Assembly: GCA_964016885.1 (NCBI GenBank)
Contig: OZ024742.1
Span: 23,498,001-23,562,000, forward strand
DNA from: Eledone cirrhosa
Taxonomy: Eukaryota
Direction: 5' to 3'
Length of the DNA stretch: 64,000 nt
The notes under the pieces were generated by a model. The model did no database searches, was not told the DNA's origin, and saw nothing but the letters and a program-made list of their open reading frames with translations. Shown one piece after another: positions 32,063-43,400 of this stretch. Position 1 is the stretch's first letter, and every line of letters starts with the position of its first letter. The translations under genes were made by a program, and so were the position numbers.

Positions 32063-33379
32063 TTATAACACCTATAGAAGACAAGGAGCTGTAATTACCC
32101 ATTGAACCATGATGACACACCTGTAATGACATAGGATTATACACCTGTAATTTAAACACCTATACAATACAATATAGTTGTACTTACTCACTGACGCATG
32201 AGGACATACCTGCAATTACACAATATGATACACCTGTAATTATAACACCTATACAAGACAATATAGCTGTAATTACACATTGACACATGATAACATACAT
32301 GCACGTACACATTATGATACACCTTTAATTATAACACCTATACAAGACAATATAGATGTAATTACTCATTGACCCATGGTGACATACCTGTAATTACATA
32401 TGATAATACACCTGTAATTATAACACCTATACAAGACAACTTTTCTGTAATCACAGATTGACACATGATGACAATATCGTAATACCACACAGTTACAAAC
32501 TGACATATCTCTAATTAGTTACTAAGACAAGATGATACATTTCTAATAGCAACATGAAAATCAGAAAACGTGGTGGGCGGAATTGGTTGGACGACTTATC
32601 TCACCTGTAATTAAATTGGCCAAAGATATGCCTTCGAAAACAGACAGCAATATCCACAAGTTAAAGCATTCTACTTCACTGGTTTCTCGTTTTTTCAGGG
32701 CTGATTCTCTCGTCATAAATTGAAGGAGGAAAGCGACTGTCCGGGGACCGATAACATAGAAGATCACATTAACGGGATTCCCTGAAATATATACCACGTC
32801 AGGATCAACGACACTGGTTTGTTTAAAAAACTGTATGATTTGAAGGAGGAAATCCCATGAAATGTGGTTGCACTCAAAATATTGCTGACGATAGATTCTT
32901 ACTTCTAACTACAAAAGAAATATACAAAGATATACACTCTGTCTTTTCAGAGGCTGTCTCTGCTTCTTTTTTTGTTCTTCGTCTTTATACATCTGTTGCT
33001 ATTTCGTTCTGTTGTCGTTCGTCAGAACGATATCAGATATCAGCGATCATATTCCAGAGCCCACCGCGAGGAGGTTGACAATTTAGGTCTGGGAGATTTA
33101 GGATGAAGGCAACGAATAATTTCTTACAAGGGTATTCTGTTGGTCTGTGGGACGTATATACTGTATGATGGGTGGGCAGGAAATGTGTAATGTTCCCAAT
33201 TGACAATAGTGGATTCACAAATGTGTGTCAATGGACATCCTTAAATATTTTAGATTTCTTATATGTTGTGTTAATTATTAATATTTTGTTTTACTCGTTT
33301 CGTGTTTTATCAAATAAAACTCTTTATCGTATAATGTACTTGACCGAAGCCTAGTTTTTATATAACTTTGTCCAGCTGC

Positions 33380-34230
33380 ACAGGCATTGTAACCCCTATA
33401 TTTATAATGTTCACTGTATTTGTATGTGCAAGCCCTTGTAGATACTAAAGACTGTAGCGGGGTCGACGAAAATGAACTAGCGACCTTGTTCCAGAGGAAT
33501 TTCAGTCCAGGGCCCATGAATAAAATCCAGAAATCCTTGGCGTGGTAGTGCTACTGAGGAGCTTTGCTGATTCGATATAAACTCGCCATGCATGGAAGTC
33601 CCATTAGCCGTGCTTGTCTGAGGTGGGTGCAGGGCGATGAATTCGTCCTGCACGCACTCCTCGGGTGTCCGAATATTGCTATCTTGTGCGTTTGCGTCAA
33701 ACACCTGCTGTCCATTGTAAAGATCACCCTGCCGTCTTCCTTTAAATGGTAAGAACAGGTAATGTTTATGTCTGTCTGTTGGTCATAGCGAAAGAGAACT
33801 TGTGGTGTACGCGTTTGAAAGGGTGAAGCAATGATTAACTTTTCCAGGTTTTACCCGAAAAAAAAATTCTTGGTGTAGAGGTAAATGTTGCCTTCTGATC
33901 AGTTTTTTTCAAAAGTAGGTGAGAGAGACAATCAGGGTTCGAATGAATGAGTCTGCTCTAAGTATGCGCTTGTAAATTGAAGGAGGAGAACTTAGAGAAG
34001 GCACTTGTCCTAGCTTTCGATGACACCAGGGCTATTTGTAGGCTTTCTCCTGGAGTGAGCCTCGGAGGTATCCTCACTTTTGGAGAATTTATTGTTTGAT
34101 ATTTTAAATGTTTATTTTTCTAGTCTTTGTTATACACCTTTCTGTCACACTAAAATACCCACACTGTACCGGCCTGTACAATCTTTATTGTCCTCGTTAT
34201 GAAAGCCTTGTGTAGCTAATAAAGAAACCA
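33380..34230 (+). pseudogene. Tx1/L1-like LINE 3' fragment
   Basis: Aligns by eye with 45450-46318 (GPM..QKSLAW.CY, C..C....VLHAL..CP) and ends GCTAATAAAGAAAC + (ATT)n. Confidence 0.7.
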
Positions 34231-34244
34231 TTATTATTATCCTT

Positions 34245-34620
34245 CAGAATCGTTAGAGTGTCGGAGAAAATGCTTTGCGTCATTTATTCCGCTTCCTTAC
34301 ATCCTGAGATCAAATCACGCCAAAGTCTATTTTTGCCTTTCATCCTTACGGGGTCAATACAATAATGCACCAGTAATGCACTGGGGTCGATTTAATCAAC
34401 ATTCTCCTCCCCTTCAAATTACTGGCCTAGAATCTAAATCAGAAATAATAATAATTATTATTATTATTATTATCTTCTGAGTTCAAATACCGCCGAGGTT
34501 TGCTTTGCCTTTCATCTTTAAGGGGTCGATAAAATAAAGCACCAATAATGCACTGGTGTCGATTCAATTGACTTTCCCTTCGCCTTCAAATTGCTGGCTT
34601 TGTGCTTAAAATGGAAACAA
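34245..34620 (+). mobile_element. Two tandem SINE family A-related copies with (ATT)n tails
   Basis: B boxes at ~34307 and ~34481; CTTTGCCTTTCATC..GGGGTCGAT domain. Confidence 0.75.
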
Positions 34621-36017
34621 TTATTATTATTATTATTGTTGTTTTGTCGATGTTGTTCTTGTTCTTCTCGTTCTTATTCTCATTACTTGTATTATTTGTA
34701 GTATTTTTAATTAAAGTTGAAAGGCAGAAACAACAGAAATCAATATAATAGTATCGTTAGTGAACCGATCTTTGGATGTCTGTGTTCTTGGCAATAAGTT
34801 CTGTTAAATCTTCAGACAGAATTTCCTCTGTTCTTGGAATATAAGGAAGATATTACAAATAATAGACGTTAACTGCCTTAGACAACTGTCGTAGGCACAT
34901 ATTTACTCAAATTATATTAAAGAAATATAGTTTTCGGTAAATATTGTTTTCAAGTTTTCGCATTTTAGGCATCACTATGGTAAAGTTTCGTCGTTAGAAA
35001 TCACACCTCACTAAAGCCGTTTCAAAGATTCTCACGGTCTACTGTTAGACTTAAAGATTCTCTTTTTAGATCATCAAAGCTGCATTTCATATGTACTTAG
35101 TGCTGGGAAGGATTCTTATTTTGATAAACCAAACCACGTAGTAACAAGATTACTGCAACGTATCTAATACAATGCCACACGTCATTTTAGTTAAAAGAAG
35201 AATTTGTCATTCTCTTCCAGTCGTGCTAAATGCGACACAATAAATATTCTCACTAAACGTTCATCAGAGCAGACAAACTTTTCCAAACATTCTAATTGTT
35301 TAAACGTCTTTCTAAATCGCATTTGTGTTTTGACGGTTCCTTTGATTATCAAATAAACTTACTTGTGTGGCATCCTTAATAAATTGAAACAGAAGTTTTA
35401 ACAGTTTCTATTAAAACTACCTTTAACTATTTATATTGTTACAAAGAAGTGATACAAAGTGAATGTACTGTTGCATATAATCGTAGATAGAATCAATTTG
35501 GTTAGAATCTTCTTTGAGTCTCAACTGATTGTAAATACACTAAGATACAAATGTGTCACATACAAATTTCAATCCGTAGCACTGCAGCTATACTGTGTCA
35601 TCCCCGCACAAGAGGTTAGTTAATTATATATAACCTCGTACTTGTTGTAAACAGACATTTATTTTATTCATATAAAACATGATGTTGATTAAACACGCGT
35701 GAATTCTAATGCAAACACTTACACATACATACGCACACAAACACACCCATATATACATATACATATATGTTTGTGTATGCGTGAGTGTAATAATTAATTT
35801 GTAAGTACTTCAGAAAGCCTGTACAACGCGGTAGAAAAAATACAAAGGCTGAAATGTTTTGGGTTTTTTTAACTAGTATATTTCAACATAATATTTCAGG
35901 GTTCTAACCCTCTTTTCAAATGCAAAGCAAAAACGAACGATGTGTTCTTCCTTAACTTGGACCAATTATTACAAATTATAAATGTCACCATGCTTCATAT
36001 TAATTATACTACGTTAT

Positions 36018-36081
<64 letters not shown>

Positions 36082-36189
36082 TTGTGTCTGTGTGTGTGTG
36101 TGAGTGTGTGTGTATGTGTGTCACTAAAACTGAATTCCAGTGCCCAACAGTATTTTATTATAGGACTGTATTTCTCTCAATCACCTATT

Positions 36190-36686
36190 CAGCCCCAACT
36201 TTCCCGTCGGTAAATGTACAAGTTGTTTAAACCATAGTTGCTGAACATTGAACAGACACATGTACCTTTAATATATTTTACATGGAGAATCAACGTGACT
36301 CATTCTCTGACAAGGGTGGCTCTTTCAATTACAGCTATGTCCAACTCGTTTTTGTCATCTCACTTTTATACAGCAGTATGAAATACGTGACCTGCTCAAG
36401 GCAATGACGTGTTTCTGAGAACGAAGCTCATGATTGTAGGATCGTGACAGGATAATATTAAATACTAAGATATGATCCTTTACCCTCACATTAATATTCA
36501 TTTCTGATTCAGGCACAAGACTAACACATTTTGGGGGAGGGAAAAAATCAATTAAATTGACACCAGGGCGTTACTGGTACTGTATTTTATATACCTCGCG
36601 ATTTGATCTGAGAACATGAAGAAGCGAAACCCTATACTGCAAAGCATGTTTTCCGACGCTCAACCGATACTGCCAATCCACCGCCC
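36190..36686 (-). mobile_element. Degenerate SINE family C (36190-36450) and family A-related copy (36505-36686)
   Basis: Partial similarity to other copies; CCGATACTGCCAATCCACCGCC head at ~36664-36685. Confidence 0.55.
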
Positions 36687-37566
36687 TTACACTCACATTG
36701 ATATTGCCAAGGTATCGCTACAAACTATGGACGATACATCCGAACAAACTAAGGCAAATATCTTCTTTGTCAAACTAACAACTGTAATACCAAGAGTGAT
36801 TGATGTGTTTATGTAATGAAAATTCCATACACGATATCTCACATATTAGTCGCTTTCTCCACACAGCAATAGTATATTCTGTAAAGTTTGCGTCTACCCT
36901 AATTCCTATTACTCACTATTATTCTCGCTAATAATGTGTTAGACTATTCTATCCAATAAAACGATGTTGGGTGTTCTGCAACTGATGCATAATCGGAGAG
37001 AACTAATAATTTTTTCCTGGTAACAAAACGAACCATTCCGATGACAGTGAATACAAAATGGTTAACTATCAATTTATCATGTAAAATATCGAATTAATAA
37101 ACTAAGAAAGAACAACATGCCGGAAATATTGGGAAACAGAATTTTCGCTGTCATTGCATATTTTAGCGGAATAAATTCGCATGAATGCTAAGTTTCGTTT
37201 ATGCTGTTGTCATTATAAATAATTCACCTTATCATTCGATTCTAAATAACTGCCATATGTTTGCACTATTATGTTGTTTTGCTACGAGATTTCCATACGC
37301 TGTGGGTGTTCTATCGCTCCAACAGGCTAAACTGTATATACTTATATGCTTGGCAACATATAAATGGCGCATGACAGCAAATCAAGCATAAGAAAAACAA
37401 ATAAATCCATTACAGTTGGACAGAGCAGTTATAAGCTCACTATAGTGTGATAGTAGCTATTTCAGTAATTCATTAAGTTAGTTAAACATAAAGAACTGAT
37501 CTAGCAATAATACAATTACGCTACATGCAGCGTATGCTCTCTCTCTCTCTCTCTCTGTGTTTCACC

Positions 37567-37598
<32 letters not shown>

Positions 37599-37623
37599 TT
37601 TGCTCTCTCACTCTCTCATTCGC

Positions 37624-37654
<31 letters not shown>

Positions 37655-37732
37655 AACACACACAGACATTCATTCTCTCTTTCATTCTCTCTCACGGACA
37701 CACATTCTATCTCTCTCACACACACACACACA

Positions 37733-37784
<52 letters not shown>

Positions 37785-37789
<5 letters not shown>

Positions 37790-38056
37790 ATTATATGAAT
37801 AAATAATTGTTTCTACTTTTGGCACAAGGCTAGCTATTACTCCAGTGTATTACTGGTACTTTATTTTATCGACCCCGTAAGGATGAAAGGCAAAGTTAAC
37901 CTCAGCGGGATTTGAACTCAGAATGGCATGGGCCGCAACTCAATGCGTCAAAGCATGGCGTCCGACCCTCTACTGATACTGCCAAATAATTAAATAGCTC
38001 TGTAGCATACATAGAGCTCTCTCCCTTCGTTTACCCTTCCTACGGCAATACTTCAT
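37785..38056. mobile_element. Minimal tail-only copy of the 9279/54802 family, interrupted by SINE family A (37808-37983, minus)
   Basis: Tail AATAGCTCTGTAGCATACATAGAGC..ACGGCAATACTTCA followed by (TA)n; SINE TSD AAATAAT. Confidence 0.75.
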
Positions 38057-38071
38057 ATATATATATATATA

Positions 38072-39026
38072 GTAGCAGCAGAACCCAGCGTTGCCTGGGT
38101 AGGTAAAATAATATCTGCTTTGATGAAAAGTTGTTGATCTTAGCGACTGCTTCTCGATGACTTATCTATGGCCACACACAGGCCATGCGGGGGAGGGTGG
38201 TGATGACCTCTATCACTCAGAAACGCGGGTGATTGAGGAAGGGGCATGCTGGGGGAGGGAGGTAATGACCTCTAACACTAAGCCAAATTTCCTCACGCTA
38301 CTTGATTGGAAACCGCTGAATTCTCAAATACACAACTAAAAGCTCAGACGACGTCAGTGGCCATCGTTTTGCCTTTGACCATCTATAAGATGTGCAATGA
38401 TTGGTTCTATCGTAATATAAAAGTTGAACCAAATAAATTGATTTATGTGTGAGGTGGAGCCGAAGTTTCGAATTTGAACGAAATCGGTTGAAAAATGTGG
38501 GAGCTAGAGCCAAAAAGGTGGTATTTTCGAATATTTAAGCGGCTGCCACGCCGTTCCTGAGAAAAAAATCCAGAATGGAAAGCCACTTTAAGACGTGAAA
38601 CAATCAGATCTAGCATAGTGTAAAATTTGAACAAAGTAGATTGATTATGTGGGAGCTAGAGCCGAAAAAGTGGAAAATTTGAGTCTAAAAGTGGTATTTT
38701 TGAATATTTAAGCGGCTGCCACGCTGTCCCTGAATAACAAATGCAAAATATAAAGGCAGTACAGTATATGCAATGTTAAATTCTATTTTGCTTTCAAATT
38801 TTCACGAAATCGGATAAATAATATAGGAGCTAGAGTCAAAAATATTATTTTTATCTGCAGAATAACCCCGGAATAAAAAAAACAATACGCTGATATATAG
38901 AAAACACTCCCCGATGACTAATCTATGAGCCTGTAAAGTTTCAGAAAAATCGGTGGTAAGATGTAGGCTCCTATAGGTAATACACAGACACACACACACA
39001 TACACTTAATTTTATATATATACAGA
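38072..39026 (-). mobile_element. Non-autonomous Helitron-like element
   Basis: Minus strand starts A|TCTGTATATATATAAAA and ends with hairpin ACCCAG-GCAACG-CTGGGT plus a CTAG-like end. Internal duplicated block TGTGGGAGCTAGAGCC..GCGGCTGCCACGC at ~38496 and ~38648. Confidence 0.7.
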
Positions 39027-39335
39027 TATATATATATATATATATATATATAAATGGAATAGAATGAAACAAAATTTCATTTCTCACTCTTAGTACGGCA
39101 CTTATTTAAATGTAAGTATGTATGTATGTATACGTACATACATATATGTATACAAACGTACAGTAGTATGTATATATATATATACATACATGCACACATA
39201 TATATATGCACGTATCGGTTTACCGAACATTTATTATAATGCTCGGTTTGTTTGTTTGTAAACAAACAAACAGCCCGAATTACGCCGTACAGTGTTTAGG
39301 CAACCACCTCACCTTTTTGTGCAACACTGACACAG

Positions 39336-39382
39336 GAACGTTGTACTAGTTTCAAGCTTATTAGCTAACGTCAGCATCGTAT
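39336..39382 (-). ncRNA. Type I hammerhead, mutated copy (CTGACGT core)
   Basis: Reverse complement of 39681-39728 with A9 changed and a stem I mismatch. Confidence 0.6.
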
Positions 39383-39680
39383 ACCTTCCTGCCAGATGGT
39401 TGAACGTCTGAAAGTATATACTTTCCTTATGCATATTAACGGCTGCGCAGCCTAATTTGCATATCGAGTGAGTTCAGTCGGCCGTATACATACATACTTC
39501 CATTTAAGTAAGTGCCGTACTAAGAGTGAGAAATGAAATTTCGTTTCATTCTATTCCATTTATCGTTTTCGGTGTACCCGGCCGACTGAACTCACTCGAT
39601 ATGCAAATTAGGCTGCGCAGCCGTTAATATGCATAAGGAAAGTATATACTTTCAGACGTTCAACCATCTGGCAGGAAGGT

Positions 39681-39728
39681 GTACGATGCTGACGATAGCT
39701 AATAAGCTTGAAACTAGTACATCGTTCC
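39681..39728 (+). ncRNA. Minimal type I hammerhead ribozyme
   Basis: gtacgatg CTGACGA t-AGCT-aata-AGCT-t GAAA CTAG TA catcgttc. 6-bp stem I, palindromic stem III ACTAGT; predicted GUA cleavage after 39719. Confidence 0.85.
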
Positions 39729-39914
39729 TGTGTCAGTGTTGAACAAAAAGGTGACGTGGTTGCCTAAACACTGTACGGCATAATTCGGGCTGTTTGTTTG
39801 TTTACAATTATAATAAATGTTCGGTAAACCGATACGTGCATATATATATACATACTACTGTACGTCTGTATACATATATGTATGTACGTATACATATATA
39901 CATAGTATTATTTA

Positions 39915-40092
39915 TTGGCAGTATCGGTAGAGGGTCGGACGCTATGCTTTGACGTATAGAGTTACGGCCCTTGCCATTCTGAGTTCAAATCCCGCCGAGG
40001 TTGACTTTGCCTTTCATCCTTACGGGGTCGATAAAATAAAGTATCTGTAATGTACTGAGGTATTTGCTGGCCTTGTGCCAAAAGTAGAAACA
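39915..40092 (+). mobile_element. SINE family A
   Basis: A and B boxes, central domain, TSD ATTATTTAT. Confidence 0.88.
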
Positions 40093-40093
40093 A

Positions 40094-40132
<39 letters not shown>

Positions 40133-40431
40133 AAATTTAGACGGGAACAAAACAGAGAGGCAGACAAATAAAGGTTTATTAGATTCACGCTCTTGAGATT
40201 GTGGGGGATATATATATATGTGTGTGTGTGTGTGTATGTGTGTGTATTGTATGAGCGAGAGAGGGAGAGAGATCAGGCTTCAATCGTGAGTAACGATAGT
40301 AAGATATTCTATACATTAGTAGAGTGTAAAAATCATGTTTATTATAGAAATACCTTCTACAGGACTAGAACAGTTTCATTCAGGCTTTTCTAAATATTTC
40401 CTTCTATATTAAACATTATATATATATATAA

Positions 40432-40495
<64 letters not shown>

Positions 40496-40499
40496 CTAA

Positions 40500-43400
40500 G
40501 GACCGCAAAATACAAACGGAAGAGAAAACCTTCCCCACTAACGACCCCCCCCCCACCTGAAACTTATCAGGGTAACAACCCTACAGTATGAAACTTTAAA
40601 AGAGAACTTCCACACCTGATATGCCCCCCCCCTCCCTGCCAAATGCGCCTTAACCGTGTCCTGCTAAAAGGATCCTCTCCCTCCCCAAACACCAGTAATC
40701 TGGAAATGGAGATCGAACAACCCGACCTCCAGGAAACGAAAAGGTAAGTGTTCCTGCTTTTCTCTCTTTAACTCTTCTTCACCAACATAGCGACTATACA
40801 AGCTGGATGTTTGAATGTACATGGCCTGGGCATGTCCCGGAAACAGGGCCAGCCTTTAAATGATCTCAGGTCACATTGTATAGATGTGATACTTGTACTT
40901 GTACTTGTGTCGACATTCACCCTAGACGGGTTAAGCCGGCTTCTTCCCTTGTCCTGACGGCATCCCGAACCATGGCAGCCCACGCACGACGGTCCCGGGC
41001 TAGGTCACTGGTGATAGCGAGCCAGTCACGGTTCCATCGGCGCAGGCCGACCACCTGTAAGCCTGAGAGTTCGGAGAGGTCTTCCTTGATCGTCGTTGCC
41101 CAGGTCTTCAGCTTCGCGCCAACGCGCTTGCGCCAGTTAGGGAGTGGAGGTGGAAAGAGGACATCGCGGATCACTTCATCCTCAAGGCGCCGGGCTGCGT
41201 GACCAAACCATCTCAAGTGCCGTTGCAGAAGCACTGAAAGAAGGTGTCGAATATTCAGGCGACGACGAAGACTGGCGGTAGATACCCGATCAACCCGTCG
41301 GTAGCGAAGAATGCGAAGGCCTCCAGCCCTCGTTGAAAGACTACCCTCATAGGCCATGTTTCACAGCCATAGAAGAGGATAGTGCGAACGACGGCCTGGT
41401 AGATTCGCCTGTTGGTCGCCGAGGTGATCTCTCTTCTGTGCCACAGACACCGCTGGAGGCGCTCAAAAGAGGATCTGGCAGCACCTATGCGACGTTTGAC
41501 TTCGGCTGTGCCCTGTCCCGTTCGAACCACTGTTGAGCCCAGGTAAACGAAGGACTCCACATCCTCCAGGTCCACGCCCTCGAGAAATATTGGCTGCCAG
41601 GCATCAGGCGAGACCAGTGACGTCATGACTTTCGACTTGGCGGCATTGATTCGTAGACCAACAGCGGCGGCTGCAGTGTGCACCCTTTCGAGAGCACCTT
41701 GTACATCTGTCTCGTTAGCGCCCATAAGCACGATGTCATCCGCGTAGGCCAGGTCCGTCACGACGACTCCTCTCCCGACCTCTACGCCCGGGTAATCCCG
41801 TATCGCTAGGTTGAGAGTGTAGTCACTGGCGTAGTTGAAGAGAGTTGGCGACAGCGCACATCCCTGCCAAACACCGGTCCCAACATCGAACGAGTCCGTC
41901 TCCCCACCATAGACCCTCACTCAAGCCCGAGTCGACCGGTAGTAACCTTTTATGTGACGAAGCAGCTTCACTGGGATGCCGTCCGCCTTCACTATACACC
42001 ATAGGGCATCCCGATCTACCGAGTCGAAGGCAGCTGCAAAGTCGATGAAGCAGAGGACGGTAGGTTGCTGATGTGCCCACCGTTGCTCCAGGACACGCCG
42101 GAGATTGAAGATTTGATCAACGCACCCCTCCCCGGACGGAAGCCGCCCTGAGAAGAACGGGTACGGACATCACGGATGGCCTGGAACCTTTTCAGCAGAA
42201 GGATTGCGAAGGTTTTGGCAGCAACGTCAATTAAACTGATAGCCCTGTAGTTGGAATCTAGTTTCCTGTCGCCTTTTTAAATGAAGGGTAGGAGAGTTGC
42301 CTCGCCCAGTCACCAGGGAACCGCTCCGTGGCCCACACCGAGGAGAAGACTCGATGGAGCCAAGCTCCCAAAACATCAGGCTCAGCCTTGTAGACCTCAG
42401 CTGGAATGCCATCTTCGCCCGGCGCCTTGTTGTTCAGGAGATGTGTCAGGACACTACGTACCTCCTCGACCGTTGAAGGGGCAGTGCTGCACCCGCATTC
42501 TTCTCCGGAAGGCTGCACGTAGGTTGGCGTAGATGGTGGCGGGTGGTTGAGCAGCTCGGAGAAATGGTCCCGCCATCGGACTAGCCGGTCATTAAGATTG
42601 GTAATGACCGCCCCGTTCCGATCACGGATCGTCTCGCTGATACCCATACTGCTTCGGCTGGCCCACTTCACGAGTTGGTACAGCTTGCGCGAATCACCAC
42701 AGGCTGCCCCCCTCTACGTATTCTCCGCAAACTCACGCCAGTGTGTATTCCGATCGGTCCGATACCCCGAGATGTGCGACGTCGGAGTTCTCGAAGAATG
42801 GGTGCACCCTCGAATCGGGCCACTCTCGCTCTCTCCGCGAGTTCAAGAGTGCCGCCGGATATCCAGTCCCGATGGCGTCTTTGGGTCGACCCGAGATGCT
42901 CTCCGGCCACCTCAATCGTCGCCGCCCTGAGCGCCTTCCACTCCTGCTCCGGTTGCTGTTCCACTTCATTACTCAGCATTTGGAATCGGTTTCGCAGCTC
43001 TATCTGGAAAGCATTTGCAGCATCGAGCTTGAGTCGCGAAATGTCGATCCTTTTCTGGCGGTTACGAGGAGGTTTCGCTTGCAGCCGCAGACGAAGGGTT
43101 GCTCAAACAAGAGTATGGTCTGACCCCTGCTCACTGCCCGCATCAGCCCCTCGATACGCACGCGAGTCCATCACTGAGCTGGCCCAACGAGATCTGACCA
43201 GGATGTAGTCAATCTGATTAGCCGTTCTTCCGTCATTGGATCGCCACGTAACGAGGTGACGCTGAGGATGTTGGAACCGGGTGTCGATAAGACGACTGGC
43301 ATCCACAAAGGATACGAGCCGTTCACCATTGTCACAGTGTACGCCTATGGCGAAGCGTCCTAGAATATGCCGTGTTGTATCAGCAGCCGGATTGTCCGTG

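Larger units (their letters stand above)
39050..39903. mobile_element. Hammerhead-bearing element with A-B-A'-x-B' structure (inverted, circularly permuted ~400-nt unit)
   Basis: A 39050-39128 is inverted at 39485-39563; B ~39118-39484 is inverted at 39579-39903. Confidence 0.88.
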
